NCBI GenBank assembly: GCA_027489035.1
Contig: JAIYAN010000013.1
Span: 4,141 to 68,140 of the forward strand
Origin: Chitinophagaceae bacterium
GTDB taxonomy: Bacteria; Bacteroidota; Bacteroidia; Chitinophagales; Chitinophagaceae
Direction of reading: 5' to 3'
DNA: 64,000 nucleotides
The notes under the pieces were generated by a model. That model made no database searches. It saw only the letters and a list, made by a program, of their open reading frames with translations, and was not told the DNA's origin. Position numbers and translations under genes: made by a program. Positions 49,570 through 58,202 of this stretch are shown piece after piece; position 1 is the first letter of the stretch; every line of letters begins with the position of its first letter.

Positions 49570-50202
49570 ATGCAAAAATTAGCTGTAAAAATAGGGATAT
49601 TCGCATTGATACTTACCATTCTTGGAGGTGTAGGTTATTATGTGAGCGTTAAAATGAATTTACTACCTAATGCTTTTGAGGAGAAGAAAGCATACATTTC
49701 AGAAACGCCTACCATGGTTAAAGAAATCAAAAGTATTGCTGAGCTATATTCGGTTTGTTACTATGATCAGCTTTATGTTGATTCAGTAAGAAAGGAGATT
49801 AAAACCACAGATGCCGTAATTAATTTTTTTGGAGGCAATAGCACAACAAACACGAAACTAGGATTGATTACAACCGCTAAGGTGTTTGCGGGATTTGACC
49901 TTAGTAAGTTGGACTCTACAGATATTTCGGTAATGGACAGCACTTTAACCATTAAATTACCAGCACCTCAAATAATCGATATAGTGATGAATCCATCAGA
50001 TGTAATCACATTTATTGAAGAAGGCAAATGGTCTATGGATGAAGTTAAAATGGTAAAGAATAAAGCGATCTCAATGTTCAGAAAGAGGGCTTTAAACAAA
50101 GGAATATTGGTCGATGCTGAGAAAAAAGGTAAGGAAAGCATCGAACTTTTCTTTAAATCTCTAGGATTTAAAAATGTGATTGTTGAACAGAAAAACAGCT
50201 AA
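49570..50202 (+). CDS. DUF4230-family membrane-anchored protein
   Basis: EIKSIAEL...KVFAGFDLSKL...IKLPAPQI...AEKKGKESIELFFKSLGF. Confidence 0.8.
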   Translation: MQKLAVKIGIFALILTILGGVGYYVSVKMNLLPNAFEEKKAYISETPTMVKEIKSIAELYSVCYYDQLYVDSVRKEIKTTDAVINFFGGNSTTNTKLGLITTAKVFAGFDLSKLDSTDISVMDSTLTIKLPAPQIIDIVMNPSDVITFIEEGKWSMDEVKMVKNKAISMFRKRALNKGILVDAEKKGKESIELFFKSLGFKNVIVEQKNS

Positions 50203-50281
50203 GAATTTATTACTTAAATGCTTCTTGTCAAATCGTCAATAGAACAATAGAAAATAGGAACTGCATAGTCTAAATTTTAGT

Positions 50282-51142
50282 ATGAATAACGCGTATAAAT
50301 TATCTGGAAAATCCGGCAATATTTTTATATTAGGATTATTAATTGGACCAATTTTAATAACACTTTTATGTATTATATATTCTTATATAGATGTTTATAA
50401 TCCTTTTGTTTATTTTACTCTTTTAGTATTTATTGGACTTTTGTTTGGTATTATATTAATACAGAAGTTAGTAATTAGATTATCTAAGTGTAGAAATGTA
50501 ACTAGTTCAATAATTTATGGACTTGTCGTTGGCATTTTTGGTATTTATGCAAATTGGTGTTCTTTTCTTTATGTTATGTTAAGCAAAAATAATTTCCCTA
50601 TTGATTTAACAGAATTAATGCTTAACCCATCTATGATTTATGAAATAACAAATGCATTATCGGAAGAAGGTTACTATGACGTATTTGGTTTTACTGTAAA
50701 AGGTGGTTTTTTATGGTTTGTATGGATAGTTGAAGCAATAGGAATTCTTGGCGCAGGTGCGCTTGGTGGTTTATTGGTGTTGCACGAAGAAGTTTATTGT
50801 GAAGATTGCAATAGATGGGCAGAAGATTTAAATTTTGATTTGCGATTAGCTATTGAAAATAAAGACCTGTCAAAACAGATAATTGAATCAAACATAATTA
50901 AAATTTTAGATTTCCCAATTTACGAAGGAGAAAATTCAGAACATATCAGGGTTAATTTGCATCAATGTTCCAAATGTCAAAGCACATCAACAATTGATGT
51001 TGACTTAATGACTTATGAAACTAATGATAAGGGAGAGATAAAAGAAAATAATGAAGATTTTAGTGAAATTTATATTTTAAATAACAGCCAATTGAAAAAA
51101 TTTACAAACAAAAAAAACGGAACAGCTCAACAATTTGTTTAA
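50282..51142 (+). CDS. Membrane protein with a C-terminal zinc-ribbon
   Basis: Four or five TM segments; CEDC...CSKC. Confidence 0.65.
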   Translation: MNNAYKLSGKSGNIFILGLLIGPILITLLCIIYSYIDVYNPFVYFTLLVFIGLLFGIILIQKLVIRLSKCRNVTSSIIYGLVVGIFGIYANWCSFLYVMLSKNNFPIDLTELMLNPSMIYEITNALSEEGYYDVFGFTVKGGFLWFVWIVEAIGILGAGALGGLLVLHEEVYCEDCNRWAEDLNFDLRLAIENKDLSKQIIESNIIKILDFPIYEGENSEHIRVNLHQCSKCQSTSTIDVDLMTYETNDKGEIKENNEDFSEIYILNNSQLKKFTNKKNGTAQQFV

Positions 51143-51425
51143 TCGATATATTCCCGCCGCAGAGCTTTAATTGTAATTTTTATCTACTTGTTCCATAAAA
51201 AATCGGAATTCTAACGACCAACCCCATCAATAAAATTTTATCGTAAAAGAATTATTTTTAAAAAGATCTACCAGATTGGATTTCGAGGATATAAGCGTCA
51301 AATCAAATTTTTTAAAAACATAGACAAACTGATTAATTGAGATTGGATAAGGGTTGGGTAGTCGATGCTAGCTTTGTATAGGATATTTGATTTTAATCAA
51401 CAAAATGCACTTCTTTTATTTCCTT

Positions 51426-51950
51426 TTAAATCTTAAACGTGAAAACTGTAATTTGTCCATTAGTGAACGTTACCGCGAACTCGCATTTCTTGTCATTGTT
51501 ATTTTTAAAGTACCAGGTTTCAATATGTGTGCTGTCTCCTAAAAAATAATCATCCCAAATCTCATCCGGCTTGGATGATATATAAGCAGGGATTTGATTT
51601 TGCAGATCATCTATTATTTTAGCAATTGAAGGGATGCCAGACATCTCTTTCATTTTACCATTTTCTTGTAGAAATAACACTCCGCTGAATCTTGGTAGTT
51701 GTGTAATTTTAATGATAACGCTATCTTGATTACGCTTAATTATATCCATCATCTTTCCCCTAAAATTTCCGTGATTGGTGCTTACCTCATAAGGTCGTAA
51801 GTCTTCATCAGATAAAATTTCTTTTACGGCATCGGCAATAACTTTGTTGTTATATTTTTCTATAGAATCTTTTTCAGCTTGTGTGATTTGAGAAATTCCA
51901 GTAAAAGAAATAATCGAAGTCAATAATAAAAAGGAGAATATCTTTTTCAT
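51426..51950 (-). CDS. Hypothetical secreted protein
   Basis: Signal peptide (GIS-Q). Confidence 0.6.
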   Translation of the reverse strand: MKKIFSFLLLTSIISFTGISQITQAEKDSIEKYNNKVIADAVKEILSDEDLRPYEVSTNHGNFRGKMMDIIKRNQDSVIIKITQLPRFSGVLFLQENGKMKEMSGIPSIAKIIDDLQNQIPAYISSKPDEIWDDYFLGDSTHIETWYFKNNNDKKCEFAVTFTNGQITVFTFKI

Positions 51951-52079
51951 ACGTTTAAATTTTGATTTACGATTTAAATATAAAATCCGATATTTTCAAC
52001 ATCCACTAAGTTGCCATAAATTTTAATCTTTCATGTAACCTGTATCAAACTGATCTCTTTTGTTGTGTCTATTTATCTT

Positions 52080-52568
52080 TTAAAAATCTCTACTTCCGTT
52101 TAATACATTTAAGATTACCCAAGAGCCCTCTATGGTCCAAGTATAATAAATAAAAGGCGCTTTTTTAGGATTTTTTTCCTTGCCCATAAACTGTTTTCTT
52201 TCCAGATTAACTATATTATCTTTCATTGATTTTGTATCTGAGGGATCTGCAATTGTAAATTTGTAGATTTGATGATGATACTTAAAATTCTTCCACTCAA
52301 GATCTTTCTGTTTTCTATTAAAATCTGAAATTGTTTTCAATTTAATAGGTTTAACACCTTGGTTATACTCATCCATTGGGTAAAATACATATTTAGGTGA
52401 ATTGTTGTTAGCTTTCCCGGTTTGTATTTCTTCTATGGTTAGATCCGTTACTATGGGTGATGTCATAAAAGAAATGATCTTTTTTTCTATTAAAGAATCT
52501 TTAGGGGTTTGAGCATGTAGAATTAATGCCGATAATAAAATGATGGGGATGAAGATTATTTTTTTCAT
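52080..52568 (-). CDS. Hypothetical secreted protein
   Basis: Signal peptide (LHA-Q). Confidence 0.6.
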   Translation of the reverse strand: MKKIIFIPIILLSALILHAQTPKDSLIEKKIISFMTSPIVTDLTIEEIQTGKANNNSPKYVFYPMDEYNQGVKPIKLKTISDFNRKQKDLEWKNFKYHHQIYKFTIADPSDTKSMKDNIVNLERKQFMGKEKNPKKAPFIYYTWTIEGSWVILNVLNGSRDF

Positions 52569-52965
52569 AATTTTTGTTTTTAATAAAATAAAAAATCTGA
52601 TGAGTAAAAAAATACAATAATCAAAGAAGATTTAATTTTTGAAGCATAGATATTTATTTAGGTTTGAAAAAATGGAACGAATAATTTGAATATTTTTTAT
52701 GACTACTACTATATACACAGGTATTGCATCATAAAGCTCATCAACATCTTTTCTTCTTAAAGAAATACAACCTTTAGTCCAATTGAATAATTTGACTTGT
52801 GAAAATCTATTGAATACTAAATTAAAATTTGTCAGTGGATAAAAAATAATAAACGTCGTAATTAACAAAACAATAAAATCATTCTGTATTTTATTCTGAG
52901 TTTGAAAATTACATTTGTATTGGTTGATGGATAATTTCATTTTTTAAAATTTTAAATTTATTAGT

Positions 52966-53322
52966 ATGAAAAAGACAATCTTATCAATTTTAATTTTAGC
53001 CGGATTAAACCCCGCATTTTCCCAGACAAATGAGCAGGTTACCACTTTTCTATCAGACAGAACAATGCCATTCAATAAAGGTGTTAAAGCAGAGGAGGTT
53101 AATAATATTGATAGTGTAATTAGATCTTGCAGTAAGAGAAATATTAGTTGCTCCCACGATATCTTCACTTTGTATGGAACATCATTCGCTCCCGCTCAAG
53201 TAATAGGAGGTTATAGCCAAACAATAATCAAAGATAAAAAACTGCCTTTTGTTAAGTATACCTTTTATAATAAAAATGGTAACACGATTATTGAGGTCGT
53301 TAGTGGTAGTGATTCATTATAG
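52966..53322 (+). CDS. Hypothetical secreted protein
   Basis: Signal peptide (AFS-Q). Confidence 0.55.
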   Translation: MKKTILSILILAGLNPAFSQTNEQVTTFLSDRTMPFNKGVKAEEVNNIDSVIRSCSKRNISCSHDIFTLYGTSFAPAQVIGGYSQTIIKDKKLPFVKYTFYNKNGNTIIEVVSGSDSL

Positions 53323-53545
53323 ATTTTCGAGAATGGGATTTAAAACTTCTATCATTTTGCCTACATATAAAATTGTTAAAACCTAAGATAGTTTCTCCAA
53401 TAAAAACACTTTTAACAAACCCTTGTCAATAAACGTCTTTAATTTTCCAAGGTTCGTAATTGTTTCGTGAAACGTTAATTCGTTTATGCAACACCGTTAC
53501 CATTCAATTTAATTAGTGTTTTATCATAACCGTAAATTTTATTAA

Positions 53546-54376
53546 ATGAAAATTATTTTTTTTACTTTTTCACTATTTATGACAGCCTTTAATTGTATTG
53601 GGCAGAATGTTGAAAACTTAACGCTTCAATATGGATTTAATCGATTCAAAATTGAGAAAAAATATAAGTTGATTATTGATAGTGTTATTGATGGAAAGTC
53701 ATTTCAGGAAATTAATATTGAAGCCCATTGTGATTTTGTTGGAACCATGGATTACAATGATTCATTGTCATTAAAAAGAGCAATGGAAGTAAAAAATTAT
53801 TTGATCTCAAAGAACATTAATGAAAACGTAATAAAAGTATTTGCTCGAGGTAAAAGAATTCCATTGGTTGAAAATACAGATGATATTTCGCGTGCTAAAA
53901 ACAGAAGGGCCGAAATTCAATTTACTTTAAAACCCGCCGAAACTACACAGTATATTGACACGATTGATAAAGTTGTCATTGATAGCTTAGACTTAAACAA
54001 CTTGGAAGTTGGGGCTACATTCCGGTTGGAAAACATTAATTTTTATGGCGGTAAACATTTATTTCTAGAAAGTTCAATGAACGCTCTAGATAATTTATAT
54101 TATTCGTTAAACGCCTATCCACATCTGGAAATTGAAATACAAGGCTACATTTGTTGTTCCAATAATGGCGAGGATGGAGTGGATCTTGGAACAGGAACAC
54201 CGAATTTGTCGGAGAATAGGGCGAAAGCTGTATACGACTTTTTAATTCAAATGGGAATTAGTCCCCAAAGGCTTAGTTATAAAGGATATGGATCGTCAAA
54301 AAAATTAGTTGAAGAAGTTACGGAGAATGACAGAATAACAAATCGAAGGGTTGAGATAAAAATTTTAAAAAAATAA
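53546..54376 (+). CDS. Protein with two OmpA-like peptidoglycan-binding domains
   Basis: LSLKRAMEVKNYL...KNRRAEI and LSENRAKAVYDFL...TNRRVEI. Confidence 0.9.
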   Translation: MKIIFFTFSLFMTAFNCIGQNVENLTLQYGFNRFKIEKKYKLIIDSVIDGKSFQEINIEAHCDFVGTMDYNDSLSLKRAMEVKNYLISKNINENVIKVFARGKRIPLVENTDDISRAKNRRAEIQFTLKPAETTQYIDTIDKVVIDSLDLNNLEVGATFRLENINFYGGKHLFLESSMNALDNLYYSLNAYPHLEIEIQGYICCSNNGEDGVDLGTGTPNLSENRAKAVYDFLIQMGISPQRLSYKGYGSSKKLVEEVTENDRITNRRVEIKILKK

Positions 54377-54502
54377 AAAGCCCGTTAAGGTATCTAATAA
54401 CAATTATTTCCACCATTAATAAAACTAAAAGTTATATTTTTAAAAAGTCTTTGTGAGAATGGATTTATAGTGTAAGTGCGCCAAATCAAAATTTTTAAAA
54501 AC

Positions 54503-55087
54503 ATGTACATACAGAAGAAGTTTGTATTAGCATTGACAGTATTTGGAATTATTCTTTCAGTATTTTTAAGCAGTTGTAAAAAGGAAGTTGAATGCCCTGG
54601 TTTACCTTATCAAATGGAAGGGTATTTCCCATCAGTCAATGAGTTGAAGTTTAGCAATGGGATTGGCGACACTTTGCTTTTACCTGTTGACAATTATTCT
54701 CGCTCTATTCCGCGCACCTTGTCTAATAACCCTTTAAGCGTTGGTGGAACTGGAGCGAAGCCGTTTTGTATAGAGACTCTCGAAGCATGGTCTTCGATGA
54801 ATATTCCAGTTTATTGGTCTTTTAAATTTGCTGTTTCGGAAGATGCTAAAACTACAGAAATCAATTTTACAATTACTGAAGCATTTATATCTACGAACAG
54901 TTTTAACAAGGTAGTAAATGAAACGCCGAGCACATTAGGCGATTACAAAGTATTTGGAGATACGTTAGTTATGTCTGCGATTCAGCCGCCTGTGGCAAGA
55001 TTTAGTGAGGCTCAAATTGTTTATGGTCAGGGATTGGTGAAGTTGCACGATGTGGTGAATAATTGCGATTGGACAAGAGTTTGGTAG
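54503..55087 (+). CDS. Hypothetical lipoprotein
   Basis: Lipobox LSSC; ATG 54503 preferred. Confidence 0.65.
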   Translation: MYIQKKFVLALTVFGIILSVFLSSCKKEVECPGLPYQMEGYFPSVNELKFSNGIGDTLLLPVDNYSRSIPRTLSNNPLSVGGTGAKPFCIETLEAWSSMNIPVYWSFKFAVSEDAKTTEINFTITEAFISTNSFNKVVNETPSTLGDYKVFGDTLVMSAIQPPVARFSEAQIVYGQGLVKLHDVVNNCDWTRVW

Positions 55088-55338
55088 TCGATCCTGGCTT
55101 TTGTAAAGCGAAAAAATAATGTATGGTCAGGAGTTGGAAAAATCTTTAGAAATAGAAAAGTTAATGCGTCAACAGAAACCATTTCATTAATCGATTAAAA
55201 ATAAATAAAAAAAAATAACCCGAAACAGATTTTGCTTTCAACATCGTCTATCAGGATTTAAATGATGGGAAATGTGTAGATAAGAGAAATTAACTGCGGG
55301 TATAAGGGAGTTATGCCCAATTTTAGAAAAATAGAACC

Positions 55339-56139
55339 ATGAAAATATTTACTGTAGATACTTTTACAAACAAACCTTTTACAGGAAACCAAGCTGGAGT
55401 TTGTATTCTTGATAAAGACATAGATGATAGTTTAATGTTACAAATTGCTAAAGAACTAAATTATTCAGAGACAGCATTTGCTTTACCACTAGAAGAAAAT
55501 TTTAATAAGTTTAATTTGAGATGGTTTACCCCAAAACAAGAAGTAGATTTATGTGGACACGCAACATTAGCAACTTCTAGAGTACTTTACGAAATTGGAT
55601 TAGTAAATAAAAATCTTTCTATAGATTTTGAAACAAGAAGCGGTGTACTGGTAACTAATATTTCAGGGGAAAAAATTATAATGAACTTCCCATCAAGGCA
55701 AGTAAATCAAAGCAATGCAGACGAAATCATTATTAAATTTACACAAGCAAACCCAGTCTTTGTAGGGATTGATGAAAATTGGTGCTTGGTGGAGCTAGAG
55801 AATGAAAAAGCAGTAAAATCAATAACTCCTGATTTTGAATTATTAAAAACGCATAGGCAAAAGGTTTTTACAATTACAGCTAAATCTGATAATCCAGCGT
55901 TTGATTTTGTTTCTCGATGTTTTGGTCCAGCGGTTGGGATAAATGAAGATCCAGTTACAGGATCAGCACATTGTTATTTGACTCCATATTGGGCAGACAA
56001 GCTAAGGAAGAAAAAATTAACAGGCTTTCAAGCTTCAGAGAGGACAGGGAAAATAGAGTGTGAATTAATTGAAAACGGAAGAGTACTTTTGACTGGGGAA
56101 AGTTTAATAATGTGTGAAATAAAACAAAACTGGGCATAA
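55339..56139 (+). CDS. PhzF-family isomerase
   Basis: VDTFTNKPFTGNQAGV, NYSETAF, EVDLCGHATLA, EDPVTGSAHC. Confidence 0.93.
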   Translation: MKIFTVDTFTNKPFTGNQAGVCILDKDIDDSLMLQIAKELNYSETAFALPLEENFNKFNLRWFTPKQEVDLCGHATLATSRVLYEIGLVNKNLSIDFETRSGVLVTNISGEKIIMNFPSRQVNQSNADEIIIKFTQANPVFVGIDENWCLVELENEKAVKSITPDFELLKTHRQKVFTITAKSDNPAFDFVSRCFGPAVGINEDPVTGSAHCYLTPYWADKLRKKKLTGFQASERTGKIECELIENGRVLLTGESLIMCEIKQNWA

Positions 56140-56270
56140 CAGGCGTTTGGTTCAATGGCGGGTGCAGTGGTTAATTGAACATTGTACCTCGCATCAACTT
56201 TCCTTGTATATTGACAGTATAATTATCCAAAATCCCCACTGCGCCAAGCAAGGGAACGCTGGCTGCAACC
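56131..56270 (+). mobile_element. attC-like palindrome 6
   Basis: TGGGCATAAC overlaps the phzF stop; TTGG..GGCGGGTGCAG / CCCCACTGCGCCAA arms; ends GCTGGCTGCAACC. Confidence 0.65.
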
Positions 56271-56337
56271 TTAATTGATCTCCAGTCCTAAAATAGGTTG
56301 ACCAAATCAATCAAAGACTATAAAGTAATTAAACTTT

Positions 56338-56994
56338 ATGATTAAAATGACCAAAAAAATCATACTATTTCTCTCAATCTTAACTAGTTTTAGTTGTGAA
56401 ATATATGCTCAAAATTATTATTTGGGTTATAACTATGGATTTAGTTGGAATGGAGTAAAGAGTAATGGAAATCCAATCGGTACATCACAAAATAATTTTT
56501 GTACTGGATTAATTTTTGAAGTTATTACAAAAAAGAAACTACGTTTAGGTGCAGAGATTTTGTATGAAAAGCGAGGTTTCAATCTTGGCTATGCAGTTAT
56601 TTTTAACAACTTTGATGAACGATTCTTAACAAATTACCACTACCAGAACTATTTATCAATTCCCCTGAAGATTGGCTATCAGACAGGAAATAAAATTTAT
56701 GGCTATGGCGACATTGGGTTAGCTCCAGCATTTAATTTAAAGTCCACTTTTAAGTATCCTAAAATAGACAGCTCATCTAATATTATTGGTGAAATAACAG
56801 AGAATGAACAATTAGAAATAAGACCTTTTGATCTTAGTGCTTTAATAGATTTTGGAGTTGGATACAACTTAACAGAAAAAATTTCGATTTTAAGTTCAAT
56901 AAGAATACAAAAAAGTTTATTTGAGTTCTCAAAAGATTATCAAATGTCCCATAAGGCTACAACCCTATTTTTGTCTTTAAGATATAAGTTATGA
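56338..56994 (+). CDS. Outer-membrane beta-barrel (porin/PorT-like) protein
   Basis: Signal peptide; EILYEKRGF, YLSIPLKIGY, C-terminal LRYKL. Confidence 0.8.
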   Translation: MIKMTKKIILFLSILTSFSCEIYAQNYYLGYNYGFSWNGVKSNGNPIGTSQNNFCTGLIFEVITKKKLRLGAEILYEKRGFNLGYAVIFNNFDERFLTNYHYQNYLSIPLKIGYQTGNKIYGYGDIGLAPAFNLKSTFKYPKIDSSSNIIGEITENEQLEIRPFDLSALIDFGVGYNLTEKISILSSIRIQKSLFEFSKDYQMSHKATTLFLSLRYKL

Positions 56995-57027
56995 AAATGA
57001 ATTTATAGAGATAAGAATGATATAAAA

Positions 57028-57166
57028 GGTAGCAGCCAACACATTTACAATTGGCGGGGTTTTATGCTCTGAAGACAATTTTGTGGTAGCCAAAAGTTTA
57101 GTTCTCAACATCAATATTTGTGCTAAAAAATCCGCCCATCGCAAATCTGAAAACCGTTAAAGCCAA
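57028..57166 (+). mobile_element. attC-like palindrome 7
   Basis: GGTAGCAGCCAAC ... TTGGCGGGGTTT / AATCCGCCCATCGCAA ... CCGTTAAAGCC; interior homologous to palindrome 1. Confidence 0.65.
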
Positions 57167-57258
57167 TTTAAATATCTCTAGAAAAGCAATAATGATAGGT
57201 TAACCAGAAAAGTGAATTAATGAAAACTTCCCCATAACTTCCAAGCGGAAACAAATCC

Positions 57259-57266
57259 TATCTTTG
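57259..57266 (+). promoter_or_regulatory. -7 promoter element of the metal-handling operon
   Basis: TATCTTTG, 7 nt before ATG 57274. Confidence 0.55.
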
Positions 57267-57273
57267 CACAGCA

Positions 57274-57621
57274 ATGAAGTTTTTAACATTTATATTAGCG
57301 ACTTTTATTCTGTTTCTAGCAGTTATGCCGGGGATTAATATGCTTTCATTGCCGGCAGACATCAATCAAACTTGTTGTGGTGGACAATGCAATCCTACTT
57401 CAGAAAATGACAATGCACAAGACCAAAATGAAGACAACGATTGTGACGAAAAATCTTGTAACCCTTTTCAGGTTTGCAGTTCTTTTGTTTTAATTTGTTT
57501 CAATATACCATCAATCAGTATTCCTAAACCTACATTTTTCTCAGTCAAGGGATTTACCAATCAAACCGTTTTTATTTCTCAATTTGCTCCTGACTTTTGG
57601 CAACCGCCAAAATTTGTTTAA
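57274..57621 (+). CDS. Cys-rich small membrane protein (DUF6660-like)
   Basis: MKFLTFILATFILFLAVMP...CC...CNPFQVC...FWQPPK. Confidence 0.7.
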   Translation: MKFLTFILATFILFLAVMPGINMLSLPADINQTCCGGQCNPTSENDNAQDQNEDNDCDEKSCNPFQVCSSFVLICFNIPSISIPKPTFFSVKGFTNQTVFISQFAPDFWQPPKFV

Positions 57622-57694
57622 TAACTCTTTAGACTTTGCACCGAAAAAATCGGAGCATTAAATTCTTGTCGTTAAACAATTTAAATTCAGAAAA

Positions 57695-58039
57695 ATGAAA
57701 TTCATAAAATCATTCGTTTTGGCTTTCATATTATTGACTGCCACAACAAACATTGCGTTTTCGCAAACAACATCTACCCAAACTACAACAGACAGTTTAA
57801 AAACTGCAACCATTAAGGTTAAAGGCATTAATTGTTCAAAGGACTTAAAAATGATTTCTGCCAATGTAGATAAAGTAAAAGGCGTGAGCAGTAGCAAGGT
57901 ATTAAAACAAGGAACAGTAACCACCTTTGAAGTAAATTACAATCCTACATTAGTAGCAGAAAAGGAAATTTTTGCAGCCATTGAAAATACGGGAACTTGC
58001 GAAAATCCTGACGAAAGACGTTACAAAATAAAACAGTAA
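57695..58039 (+). CDS. Exported heavy-metal-associated (HMA) domain protein
   Basis: Signal peptide; IKVKGINCSKD...KVKGVSS. Confidence 0.75.
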   Translation: MKFIKSFVLAFILLTATTNIAFSQTTSTQTTTDSLKTATIKVKGINCSKDLKMISANVDKVKGVSSSKVLKQGTVTTFEVNYNPTLVAEKEIFAAIENTGTCENPDERRYKIKQ

Positions 58040-58202
58040 TACCCAATTGAATTATAAACTAGTCCATAATTTTCTAGTATTATGCCGATGTGGTAACTGT
58101 TTGGGACAATTTCATTGGACCATTACAGATATCCAATCGGTATAAATAATTTAAAGTGCAGTGCATTTAAAATCCACTACACTACTTTTTAAAAACAAGA
58201 CA

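Noticed and set aside
52632-53168. ORFs 52632..52940 and 52944..53168 on the - strand
   Set aside because: No recognisable features; one is the shadow of 52966..53322 and the other is AT-rich spacer. Not called.
53461-53475. Third parS-like site TGTTTCGTGAAACG
   Set aside because: Two central bases of the 16-bp consensus are missing, so half-site spacing is wrong.
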